A stretch of 64,000 nt of DNA from an uncultured delta proteobacterium (GTDB taxonomy: Bacteria > Desulfobacterota > Binatia > Bin18): assembly GCA_963733195.1 (NCBI GenBank), contig CAVTCR010000081.1, forward strand, positions 153,396 to 217,395, in the 5' to 3' direction. The notes under the pieces were generated by a model that saw only the letters and a list, made by a program, of their open reading frames with translations, ran no database searches and was not told where the DNA came from. Both the position numbers and the translations under genes were made by a program. Shown here piece after piece: positions 52,097 through 63,600 of the stretch; positions within the stretch are counted from its first letter, which is position 1, and each line of letters begins with the position of its first letter.

Positions 52097-55000
52097 ATGA
52101 AGTGCAGCTGGACTTCTAGGCAGAGTTTCTTCTTCTTGGCCGCTCTGTTTATAGGATTGGGGCTTTATGAGATCTGGCATTCGCAAGGAGTGATAGCCGC
52201 CCCCCAGGGGCAGCTGGAGACGCCCAGTCAGAACTCTTTCCAAAGCGGAGTGGGCTTAATTCGCGGCTGGGTGTGCAGTGCCAGTCGGGTGGACATCGAA
52301 GTCGTCGGGCGTGGCGCCCTGACGGCGGTGTACGGGGAAGAGCGGGAGGATACGCGTCCAAACTGTGGCGACAGTAACAATGGGTTTAGTTTGCAGTTCA
52401 ATTGGAACGATCTCGGGGAAGGGACCCATACGGTGCGGGCGCTCGCCGATGGGGAGGAGTTTGGACGGGCCACCGTGACCGTGGCGACCCTGGGCCAATC
52501 GGTCTTCCGCGGGGCCAGGGCGAATTTCCTATCGAATCGTTTCCCAGCGCGGGGAAGACCAGCCGGCTGCGCTGGTTAGAGAGTCGGCAGCTGTTTGTGT
52601 TGTCCAATGGCGGCACGCCTGCCACGGGGGGCGGGAGTTCGCGGGCGGATGCCAAGTTGGAAGATCCGCAACCAGGCTCCTTTCAAAGTGGGATTGGGGT
52701 GATTCGGGGCTGGGTGTGTAATGCGAGTCGGGTGGACGTGGAAGTAGTAGGGCGGGGAAGATTCCGGCGGTGTACGGGCAGCCGCGCGAGGACACCAAAG
52801 CCGCATGTGGGGATAACAACAACGGCTTCAGTGTCCAGATCAACTGGAATGATCTGGGAGATGGGGACTACACCGTGCGGGCCTTAGCCGATGGGGTGGA
52901 GTTTGGGCGGGCGACGTTTACGGTGGTCACGCTCGGGCTGGGGTCGTTTCCGAGGGGGTTGACGGGGGAGTTCGTGCTGGCGGACTTTCCGCTCCAGGGC
53001 CGGCGGACGGCAGTGGTCTGGCAAGAGAGTCAACAAAATTTTGTCATACGGGGCGCCAGCGATATCAAGGCATTGACGAGGGGTTGTGTCGAACCCAGCA
53101 GGGGTCAGCAGTGGACAGTGCCGGTGAGCGGGCGACAATAGCCTGGAAGAATCCGTGCTTATTGGCGGGCAATACGGTGGGATCATTATGTCCAGTCTGT
53201 AAACCAGGCGGCCTTGACTGACGTAACCGATGACCGGGAGCGACGGGCGGCGAGCACCGGCGAGTTCTTTCTGTGTGCGACGAGTGTGAGTATTCATCAA
53301 GGCCAGCGAACGTTTGCGGCGGGCAGTTTTCGCTTACTCGACGAAACGGGAATGAAGTGTGTCAGGAGGTCCCGCCGGGCATGACGATCGATGTCCATAT
53401 CCAGGTGGAGGCGACCTCCACGCTGAACCTCAATGCGCCCTTTACGGTGAGCTATAATAGCCAGCCAGTGCTTGCAGTTTCAGGCCTCAGGGCCTCCCCT
53501 CGGGGCAGTGCTGACGGTCTCTCCGGATGCGGTGAGCTTTGATGCGCTGGCGGTGGGCAGCAGTCAGGACAAGACGTTTACGATCACGAATACGGGCTCG
53601 GCGGTGTTGACGGGCGGCTTGACCCTGATTGCGAGCGGGTCGGGGGCAGGCGTGTTTACCTTGGTTTCTGAGGACACCATCAATGTAGCGCCCGGCCAGA
53701 GCCAAGAGGTCACGGTGCGCTACACGGCCTTGAGTAATGAGGTGCTGCTCGGGAGCGCTGCGTCTGAGTACCAATGGTGGGGTGGCCACGGTACTTTTGC
53801 AAGGGCAGGGGCAACACCCGCCGCAGTTGTCGGTAAAGCCGACGAGTGTGAACTTTGGCAGCGTGCCGGACCAGGAGACCGCGACGGCCACGTTTACGGT
53901 GGCCAATAGTGGCGCTGGCGTCCTCACGGGGAGTGTCTCTACGGCTGCGCCGTTTAGCATCGTCAGTGGGGGCAGTTTCAGTCTAAGCGTGGGGCAGCAG
54001 CAAGCGGTGACGGTGCGCGTCACGGGCGGCACGGGAGGGCCGGTGAGTGACACGGCCACTGTGACCTCGAATGGTGGTGGTGCAAGCGTGACGCTCAGCG
54101 CCACGTTTGCAACAACGGGAGGCTCCACCCCTGCCCCGCAACCGCAGCTTTGCACTACTCCCGCGATGCTCGACTTCGGGGCAGTGACAGTGAATACCAC
54201 GAGTGAGCAGACGTTCACGGTCGAGAATTGTGGCAGACGGTGGGACGTTGACGGGCAGTGTCTCTACGGCAGCGCCGTTCAGCGTTGTCTCGGGCGGAAG
54301 TTTCAATCTGGAAGCGGGACAGAGTCAGGAAGTGACGGTGCGGTATAGTCCGAGCGCTGCCGGGCCAGCCAGTGGCAACGCCACGGTCAATTCCAATGGC
54401 GGCGCGGCGACGGTGACTTTGAGTGGAAGTGGGCAGCCTCCCGTGCCAGGACCGCAACTGTCGGGGGTTCCCCCAAGTCTCGACTTCGGCACCGTGACAG
54501 TCGGACAGGTCGGTGACCAGACTTTTACGGTCACGAATGGCGGGGGTGGCACCTTGACGGGCAATGTGACGACGACTGCGCCCTTCGGCATTGTCTCAGG
54601 TGGGGTGCTCAATGTCGGGGCGGGGCAGAGTCAGGAAGTGACGGTGCGGTATCAGTCCAGAGCACTGCCGGGCCAGCCAGTGGCAACGCCACGGTCAATT
54701 CCAATGGCGGCGCGGCGACAGTGACTCTGAATGGTCAAGGGGCAACATGTAGCTTCACGCTGAGCTCGGGCAGCACTCAGTTTGCGACCCCAGGCGGCCC
54801 AGGCAGTGTGAGTGTGAGTGCGGCCAGTGGCTGTAGTTGGACGGCGGTGAGCAATGTGCCGTGGATCACGATTACCGCTGGCAGCAGTGGCTCTGGCAAC
54901 GGCACGGTGAGCTACACCGTGGCAGCCAACACGAGTACTACCAGTCGCACGGGCACGCTGACAATTGCGGGCCAGACAGTGACGGTCACCCAGGCAGAGG

Positions 55001-55627
55001 CTCTACCATCTCCCAGACTCTGTGTTGACCCCACGGATATAGACTTCGGACTCGTCCAGCTCGGTGATACTGTCTCGGAAACTTTAACCATCACAAATTG
55101 TGGTGGAGGGAGCCTTATCGGAAGTGCAGCTTTTGTGCAGACCGAAGGAGACCTGACTTTAGCTTCGACCCGCGACTTTTGCCTTCCAGCTTTCCACTAA
55201 TCAGACTCATACGATTACCATTCGCTATAGCCCGTCGTTTGCTTCAGAGGCGACCAGGGCTCGGATAGATGTGACTTCCAATGGGGGCGCAGCAAGCGTG
55301 AGTCTGATAGGGCGAGAAGCGCCACCACCGTTGCCAGAATTACCCGTGCAGCTCTCTCCACCAGATGGAGCCGAATTTGATCACTTCCCCCGAACAACAA
55401 CTCTCCAATGGTCTACCGTACCTGGTGCGGTAAGCTATAAGATCAACGTTGAATGTCTACATTGTTGCCAGATCGGACAGTGGTGTCCCTGGAACGCAGC
55501 AGAGGTTAACACCACCAGTTATACTTTTGACTGGGTTGGGGCACACCAGGACGCTGGCAGGTTTGGGCTGTCGATGCCTTCGGTCGGGAGGGACCACGTA
55601 CGGACTACTGGACATTTGAATACCTAA
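52097..55627 (+). CDS. Large secreted multi-Ig surface protein (two N-terminal Ig-like units, about five ASH/choice-of-anchor-D-like repeats, BACON-like domain); many frameshifts
   Basis: GGAGG RBS and signal peptide; two LE.P..SFQSG.G.IRGWVC units; repeated LDFG.V.V....FTV.N.G...LTG; CSWTAVSNVPWITIT.GSSGSGNGTV.YTV. Confidence 0.75.
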
Positions 55628-55966
55628 GATAGACAAAGAAACAGGGCTGACACCCCTAGCGGCTTTGTCCGCCAGTGCAGCATCACATGGGCCGCTTTGT
55701 CCCAATGTTGCTCTAGCGTGGAGGATCAATAGTGTCTATCTATAATCTCACTGGCTGATACTAAGCCAAATAGGGCGCGTCCCACGCGCCATGAGGATGA
55801 TGTTTGGCACGGCGCGTCAAGCACGCCTTACTTCACTCCGCTGAGCAGGGGGCTCTCTGCCCACTGGACGACTTCTCCTGCGACACGCACGGCTTCGTAA
55901 GCGGTCATCCGCCGGCGTTCTTTCCTCATGAAAATTGACGATCAAAATCGGTAACACTGCCGTTTA

Positions 55967-56003
55967 CTCTCCCTCACCCTGTCCCTCTCCCGGCGGGAGA
56001 GGG
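55967..56003. repeat. REP-like palindrome CCCTCACCC..CCCTCTCCC..GGGAGAGGG
   Basis: Inverted repeat visible; same family as 28407-28472. Confidence 0.65.
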
Positions 56004-56338
56004 AACCTCGATTCACAGGTCTGAATTTTACCGAACTTGCTTGTCAAAACTCATTAGAGAGGAGACAAGCGAGGAATTCGGTCCGAGAGCGGAGCGGGAA
56101 ATTATCTCTTCAGGAGCAGCACTCAAGCCATCGTTGCGATGCGTTCTTCGCTATTACGGTCACGGCTTCGCAGCATCTCCGGCTCCAGCGCGACGAAGCT
56201 CGCTCACCGCAAAGCCATATTCGGCAAACGCTTTCTTGCCGTTCCCTTTGACCCATTCCAGATACGTGAACGAGGTCGTGTCAAAGAGTGTGGAAATGGC
56301 ATTCGACAGCGATATGTTCTTGGATGACGATTGTCTCT

Positions 56339-56482
56339 TTAGGTTAACTCTTCCAACAGCGCTTTCGCCTCTTGCAAGTCTTTGGTGTCAAATCCTTCGG
56401 TGAACCAGTGGTAGACTTCGGACAACAGCTGGTGAGCTTTCACTCCCTTACCCTGTTGCTACCACAGCCGGCGTGCGCTACC
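56339..56482 (-). pseudogene. 3' remnant of a cyclase-ATPase-TPR gene
   Basis: Encodes [37 protein letters not shown], matching the ends at 57165 and 60683. Confidence 0.8.
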
Positions 56483-57049
56483 TCAGTCCATGCGCGTGAG
56501 CACGATGACCGGGATCTGCCGGCTGGTCTTTTTCTCATACTCGGCAAAATTCGGTAGCTGGGCAGCCTGGCGGTCGTATAGCCTCCGGCGCTCTTCCCCC
56601 GTCGCCACCGTGGCCCGGACCCGAAAGCGTTCGCTGCCCACTTCCACGGTCGCCTCCGGGTGGGTCACGAGGTTGTAGTACCAGGGGGGATTCTTGGGCC
56701 CGCCCCCGAACGAGGCGATGACCACGAAGCGCTCGCCATCCCTGGTGTACGCCAGCGGTCTGGTGAGCGCGCGGCCACTCTTGGCGCCGGTGGTCGTCAG
56801 GAGCAACAACGGGACCTTGGCGTAACGCCCGCCCACCTTTCCGTGGTTCGTCCGGAATTCCTTAATCACCTGCTGATTGAGGTCATTCACGTCCGCTGGC
56901 CCCACAGCGCCGCGGCTAGCGGAGGAATCCCTTTCCGTGCTCGCGGCCCCTGAGCTGCCGCTCTGGCCGGACACGACAGCCGAGAAGGCCAGGACCGATG
57001 AGACACTGACTGCCAAAGCGGCTTGCCAGAGTTTGTTTTTTCTCTGCAT
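56483..57049 (-). CDS. Deazaflavin (F420)-dependent nitroreductase-family oxidoreductase with N-terminal signal-like extension
   Basis: VI.EFR.N.GKVGG, LLLLTTTGAKSG, VIASFGG...NP.WYYNL and F.EY..KTSR.IPV..L motifs. Confidence 0.88.
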   Translation of the reverse strand: MQRKNKLWQAALAVSVSSVLAFSAVVSGQSGSSGAASTERDSSASRGAVGPADVNDLNQQVIKEFRTNHGKVGGRYAKVPLLLLTTTGAKSGRALTRPLAYTRDGERFVVIASFGGGPKNPPWYYNLVTHPEATVEVGSERFRVRATVATGEERRRLYDRQAAQLPNFAEYEKKTSRQIPVIVLTRMD

Positions 57050-57164
57050 CCTATCTCCTCCTTTACAAGGTCTGGTCCATAAGCGAGGGAAAAGAGTCCA
57101 GCAGCACTCTGCTTTCGGGTGAAGATGATGTGTTTCTCTCCCGGTTACGTCTGCACTCTGTGTT

Positions 57165-60100
57165 TCAGTTCAACTCCTCCAACAACGCCTTGGCCTCTTG
57201 CAAGTCTTTCGTGTCAAACCCTTCGGTGAACCAATTGTAGACTTCGGATAACATCTTGTGCGCTTCGACCCGCTTGCCTTGCTGCTGCCACAGTCGGCCA
57301 AGCTCATCACCGCCCGCAGCTCTAGCGATTTCGCTTGCTGTCGGTGAGCGACCGCAATCGCTTTCTGAAAACAGTCTTCTGCTGCCCCTTCGACCTAGGA
57401 ACTCGGGACTTGAGACTTGAGACTGCAGCGTCAGCGTCTCCTTTGAGCCGATACAGCTCTGCCTCGTAGAAACGCTCCCCAGTCTTGTCTACCTGAGCCA
57501 GCGCCTCGGCTAGCGCGGTAAGCCCTTCCTCTGCCTGCCCCACTTTCCCATACGCTTCGGCCAGCAGCGCAAGAAAATACGGCCGACTTACACTCTGCCC
57601 CCGTGGCTCGCAAAGCAGCCAAGCCCTTGGCGTATCTGGGCAATCCCTTCTCTCCCTGTCCCTGTACGGCCAGCGCCCAGCCTCGGAACGTCATCGCTCC
57701 CCCACGCCAACCAGAACGGAAACCCTTGCTCGGTCGAGAGCATAATAATTGCCTCTGCTCGCTCTCGGACTGGCTTGGATCTCTCCGGCGGCATTTGATA
57801 AAGCTGAGTAGCAAAAGCCAGGGCCGACAGCCAGACTAAAGGGATGAGACAACTCGCTGGGCTAGGGCAAGAGCTTCGTGGCTCCTTCTTAAGGGCCTGG
57901 TCGAGATAGCCAAGAAACCACAGGGTCAAGGCCGCAAAGGATAGGCAATACACCCCCGGGTCTACTCCATAGCGGAAGGCTAGGGAACGGTGCTGCTGGG
58001 GGTCATAGAGGGCAATACCCTGTTCAAAGTGCACGCGGGCAGAGGCAAGCTCGCCAAGCCAGAACAAGGCCTCTCCCAGCGCCCCGTGGGCCTCTAGGAG
58101 GAAGGCCGGGTCTTGCGACACTCTGGGCTAGGCGTAAGGAGCTGCTTCCCCAGCTCCCGCGCAGTCTGGTAACTCCGCCCGGACCAGAGTAAAACTGCCA
58201 CAATCCTATCAGCTACTAAGAAGAGCTGAGGAGTTTCTCCGACCTGCTGGCACAGCTCTCGGGCCCGGGTGTAGGCTTGTTCCACCTCCGGGGCTGCATA
58301 GCCTTTAGTAGCTACCAGCGGTACGCCTAGGGCGAGTTGTAGCGTGAGTTCTCGCTGGCTACGCGCGGGCGTGTCGGGTAGAGCTCTTGAGCAGCTCTAA
58401 GGCGGCGGTCTCGTGCCGGGTGGCTTCGGCATAGGATGACCGCTGCAGGGCTTGTTGCCCAGCCAGATGCAGATATTCGACTGCCTTCCCTGCATTCCCG
58501 CTCAGCTGATAATGATGCGCCAGCTCACTGTAATGGGCCTCTAGGTCGTCGGCGTACAGCTCTTCTATCGCCTGGCCGGTTCGCTCATGGAGTTCCTTGC
58601 GGCGGTCGTGGAGCACCGTACCGTAGGCCACTTCCTGCGTGAGGGCGTGCTTGAAGAGATACTCCACCTCTGGCAATGCGGGCTGTTCGTAGAGGAACTC
58701 TTTGCTTTGCAGTGAAGATAACAACCTGTACAACTCATCCTCAGGTCGAATGACGACGTGCTTCACAAGGCTCAGTGGAAATACCCGCCCAATGACCGCT
58801 AACTGTTGGAGGAGCTCTTTCTCGTCCGTCGCCAGTCTATCGATGCGGGCCGCTAACACCCCTGGACCGTTGGGGAAATATGCAGTGCGGTTGGCGTCAT
58901 CTCCAGGCGATAGTTGCCACGCTCGCCTCTGAGAACACCTTCCTCAACCAGCGTCTGGACCACCTCTTCCAGAAAGAACGGCGTGCCTTCCGTCTTCTCC
59001 AGAATCAGCTGCTTGAGCGGCTTGAGAGCGTGGTCATTCCCCAACAGGAAGGCCAAGAGTTCTTCTGCTTCGGCTTTCCCTAATGGGGCAAGGCGCAGCT
59101 GGGTATAGTAGGTTTTCTGTCCCCACTCGTGCCGATACTCGGGCCGATAGTTGACGAGCAGCAGGAGTTTTGCTGAGGCGACACTTTCACTCAGCGTATC
59201 GAGAAACCCTTGGGTCTCGGTATCTATCCAGTGCAGGTCTTCAAAGATGAGCATCAACGGCCGGTTGAGACTCTCGCGCAGAAACAGTTTCTTGAGCGCC
59301 TCAAAGGTGCGGCGACGCCGTATCTGCGCATCCATCTGGTGCAGTGACGACCCTGGATCTTCGATACCGAGCAGGGAAAAGAGATACGGCAAGATGTCTT
59401 CCAGGCTGCGGTCGAGGATGAGCACTTTCCCGGCCACTTTCTCCTTGCGTGTCCGTTCCTCATCCTGAGGCTGAATCTGAAAGTAACTCTTGAGCAGTTC
59501 GATAAGCGGGAGATAGGGCGACGCTTTGCCATACGAAACAGAAAAGGCTTCAAGGACCAGACAGCCGCTCTATGAGGTCAGCTTGAATTCATAGAACAGC
59601 CGGGATTTCCCTAATCCCGGCTCACCCATCACGCCAACGATTTGGCCGTGGCCGGCTTTTGCCTGCTCTAAGCGCGCGCTGCATCTGGTCCATTTCGCTC
59701 TGGCGACCGACAAAGCGGGTGAGACCGCGTCTGCATGGAGACCTGGAGATCGCGTGCGCAGCGGCCCTGCGCCAAGCACTTCGTAGATATTGAGCGGCTC
59801 CTCGACCCCTTTGATCGTTGCGGTGCCCAATGCCTTAAACTCAAAGAAGCCGTCGCGTCAGTTTATGGGTGTAATCGGTAACCAGAATCGATCCGGGCGT
59901 GGCCATCTGTTCCATGCGGGCGGCAAGATTCGTAGAGTGACCGACCGGGACATAATCCGTATGTAAGTCGTCTTTGCGAATCGACCGCACGACGACTTCT
60001 CCGGTGTTCATCCCGATGCGCATAGACAGCGGTGACGCCATGCTTGAGACGGACTTGGTCTGAATACCGCCGCATCTCTCTGCATGCGCAGCGCGGCATA

Positions 60101-60669
60101 CAGCGCCCGTTGCGGATGATCTTCATGCGCAATCGGTGCACCGAATAGCGCGAAGATGCCGTCGCCGAACGCTTGGGCGACATAGCCTTCATACCGATGC
60201 ACGGCATCCATCATGAGTTGTAACGCTGGGTCGATAATCGCACGGGCCTCTTCAGGATCGAGTCCTTCGATCAAGTGCTGTGGAGCCTTTGAGATCGGCA
60301 AACAGGGCAGTAATGGTCTTGCGCTCACCGTCTACTGCACCGCGCGCTTCTAGCGCCGCTTGCTCGGCTCGAATGCGTTCAGCCGAAATGCGGCGGGGTA
60401 TAGCTGGCGGGAGGAGGAGCTGGTGGAGTGATAAGACGAAGAACAACCCGCGCGCTTCGCTCGGTGCCGAGCCGACGCTGCGGTTACCCTTCCAGACGAG
60501 CATCTTCCCGTCTTTGTCGAGCGCGACCTCTTGCCCCTCGATCAGCTCTTCTTTGAGCGCCGACAAGGCCGCGTCGTCCAGGTTGAACTGGTACTGCAGG
60601 GCGCGATACGTGAGGCGCCCCCGCTGCTGGAGGAGGAGCAACTTGGTCGATGACCACATACAGATCCAT
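57165..60669 (-). CDS. Class III adenylate/guanylate cyclase - AAA ATPase - TPR protein (heavily frameshifted)
   Basis: GERKTITALFADLKGS, GDGIFALFGAP.AHED, GEPGLGKSRL, FEDLHWID, YLFKHALTQEVAY and EAELYRLKG motifs. Confidence 0.85.
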
Positions 60670-60682
60670 CAGGACTCCTCCG

Positions 60683-63600
60683 TCAGCTCCTCCAATAATG
60701 CCTTGGCCTCTTGCAAGTCCTTGGTGTCAAACCCTTCGGTGAACCAGCCGTAGATCTTAGACAACAGCTGGCGAGCTTCATTCTTTTGCCTTGCTGTTGC
60801 CAGAGGCGTGCGAAACTGATAGAGGCGCGGAGTTCAAGGGACTTTGTTTGTTGGCGCTGGGCGACTTCGATGGCCTTGTGAAAACACGCTTCGGCTTCTG
60901 ACTCCGACCTCGGACTTCGGACCTGTCTTGACTTGTGTCGGACTGGTTTTCCACTTGCCTTGACTTCAGAGACAATTCCCCCTTGAGCCGATACAGCTCC
61001 GCCTCGTACCAACGCTCCTCAGTTTTGTCTATCAAATCCAGAGCCTCGGTCAGCACGCTTACCCCCTCTTCAGCTTGCCCCACTTTCTCATACGCCTCGG
61101 CCAACAGGGCAAGACAATACGGCTGGTACAGCTCTGCTCCTGTCGCCCGCATGGCGGCCATGCCCTGGCGTAGCTGCGCAATGCCCTCCTCTCTCTGCCC
61201 CTGCTCGACCAGCGCCCAGCCCTTGAAGACAGTCCCAAACCCCAACCAGACCGGAAACCCCTGCTCGGCAGAAAGTGCCATGGCTGCTTCTGCTCGCTTT
61301 TGGGTTGCCTGCCCCTCCCGGCGAAGTTGATGAAGGAAGGCAGCCCAGTTCAGAGCAAAAGCCAAGCTAAAGGGGTGAGACAGTTCCTGAGCCAGGGTGA
61401 AAGCTTCGTGACTCCTCTCCAGAGCCTGCTCCGGATAGCCAAGAGCCCACAGGGTCCAGGCCGTGTAGGTTAGGCAACCCACTTCAGGGACTTGCACGGT
61501 ACGGGAGCGGTGTTTCTGGGGATCATTGAGAGACATCCCCTGCTCCAGGTGCTCGCGGGCCGAGGCAAATTCTCCAAGATGGAACAAGGCACTCCCCAGC
61601 GCAGCGTGAGCCCCAAAGAGGCGAGCCGGGTCTTGCATGCGCTGGGCCAGAGAGAGACTTTGCTCCCCAAGTTCACGCGCTGTCTGCAACTGCCCCCGGA
61701 CATGGTAAAACGTCTCCAGTCCCAGCAAGACTTGGAGGAGCCGAGGGGTTTCCCCCACCTGTTGACACAGCTCTAACGCCCGGGTATAGGCGCGTTCCAC
61801 TTCCGCGGCGGCATAGCCTTTGAGGGCCATCCACGCCGGACCCACTGTGGTCTGCAACCTCAGTTCTTGCTGGGTACGTTCTAGAGTATCCGGGAGGGTC
61901 TTGAGCAACTCTAGCCCGTTGCTGAGGTGAGTAATCGCTTCGGTATTCGCCGACCGCTGGGCAGCTCTCTGGCCCGCTTTCTGCCAGTAGGGAATGGCCT
62001 GCTCCTTAAGTCCCGCCTCGGTGTAGTGATAGGCCAGCAGTTCCGGTTGGGTTTCGACTGTCTCAGCAAACCGTGCTGCCAATACCTGGGCAATCTGCTG
62101 GTGATACTGCTGCCGTTTGTTCTTAAGCAGCGACTGGTAGGCTGCGTCTTGGATCAATGCATGCTTGAAGAGGTACGTGGCCTGTGGGGGTACGCCCCGT
62201 TGATAGACCAATTCCGCCTCTACTAACTGCCGCAGTCCCTCCTGCAAGGTTGCTTCGTCTAAGGGGGAGATAGCCTGAATGAGTTCATAGGAAAACTCCC
62301 GTCCCAGCGTGGCACCCAACTGGGCAATCTCTCGGACCGGCGCTAGCCGATCGAGCCGAGCCATGAGCGAGTCCTGCAGCGTAGTGGGGATGGCGAGAGG
62401 CGGTAAGGGACCACTGAGCTCATAGTGGCCATCTATTTTTTTGAGCAAGCCCGACTCCAGCACCATCTTGGTGAGTTCTTCGACAAAAAGTGGCACCCCA
62501 TCCGTCTTGCGCACGATCTGCTGCACTACCTCCGCGGGTAAGGCTTTGTTCCCACTGACTTGTTCTACCATCGCTTCGACTTGGGGCCGCCCTAAGCGAT
62601 TAAGGGTAAGCTGTGTGAGATGGGAGCGCGGCCGCCACGGCGGGCTGAAATCGGGCCGAAAGGTGAGGAGGACCAACAGCCGGGTGGTCGGCACTTGATC
62701 GAGGAGAAGCGTGAGGACCTCCAGCGTTGAGGGATCAGCCCAGTGGAGATCCTCCCAGGCACAGTACACCGCGGTCTGCCCGGCTTCTTCCATAATCCAC
62801 GCCACCAACGCTTCCTGGGTCTTCTGCTTCTGCTTCTGCGGACTGAAGGTCAGTGGCGGAGCGCCGTTCGGGTGAGGAAGCGACAGTAAAGCGGCGAGCA
62901 GTGGGAGCGTATCGGCCTGGGGGAAGCGATAGCGAGCGAGCCGCTGTTGTAATCTCTCTAGCTTAGCTTGGGGACTTTCCTCGCGCTGAAACTGCAAGAG
63001 CCGCTGCAGGTGTTCAATGAGCGGATAGAAAGCGCTGTTCTGATGATAGGGTGAGCAGCGCAATTCGATGCGAGCCGCGCCTTCGGCCATGACCTGCTCC
63101 TTGAGTGCTTGTACTAAGCGGGATTTGCCAATGCCCGGCTCACCACTGAGCAGAACGACCTGTCCTTCGCCAGCTTGGGCCTGTGCCCAGCGTTCCCGTA
63201 ACAGGCCAAGTTCCAGGTCTCGGCCCACCAGTGGGGTGAGGCCCATACTACTGCGACCTCAAAGCGGCTCTGGGCCTCACTCTCGCCTATAACACGGTAC
63301 ACCGACAACGGGGTCGACATGCCTTTGAAGTGTCTGGGAACCAAGCTCTTGACAGGCAAACAAGCCCGCCACTAACCGATGGGTCGTGGCGCTGAGGACA
63401 ACGGTATCAGGCTCAGTCAGTCCCTGCACTCGGGCGGCAATGTTCGGCGTCTCCCCTAGGGCCAGCTGTTCCCCGCTCCCCCACGCCAATCTCGCCGACC
63501 ACCACCGGCCCGGTATGAATGCCAATCCGCACCTGTAACGGGCGGCGTAAAGGCCAACTGGCTGACTGCTGTGACGATCTCCAATCCACTGCGCACGGCA

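Noticed and set aside
51829-52119. 96-aa ORF between the riboswitch and the surface-protein gene
   Set aside because: Overlaps the terminator and leader region and has no recognisable domain; cannot be supported as a gene
52200-54730. Duplicated segments in the surface-protein gene as a DGR template/variable repeat pair
   Set aside because: Both copies are coding domain repeats, differences are not confined to adenines, and no reverse transcriptase is in the window
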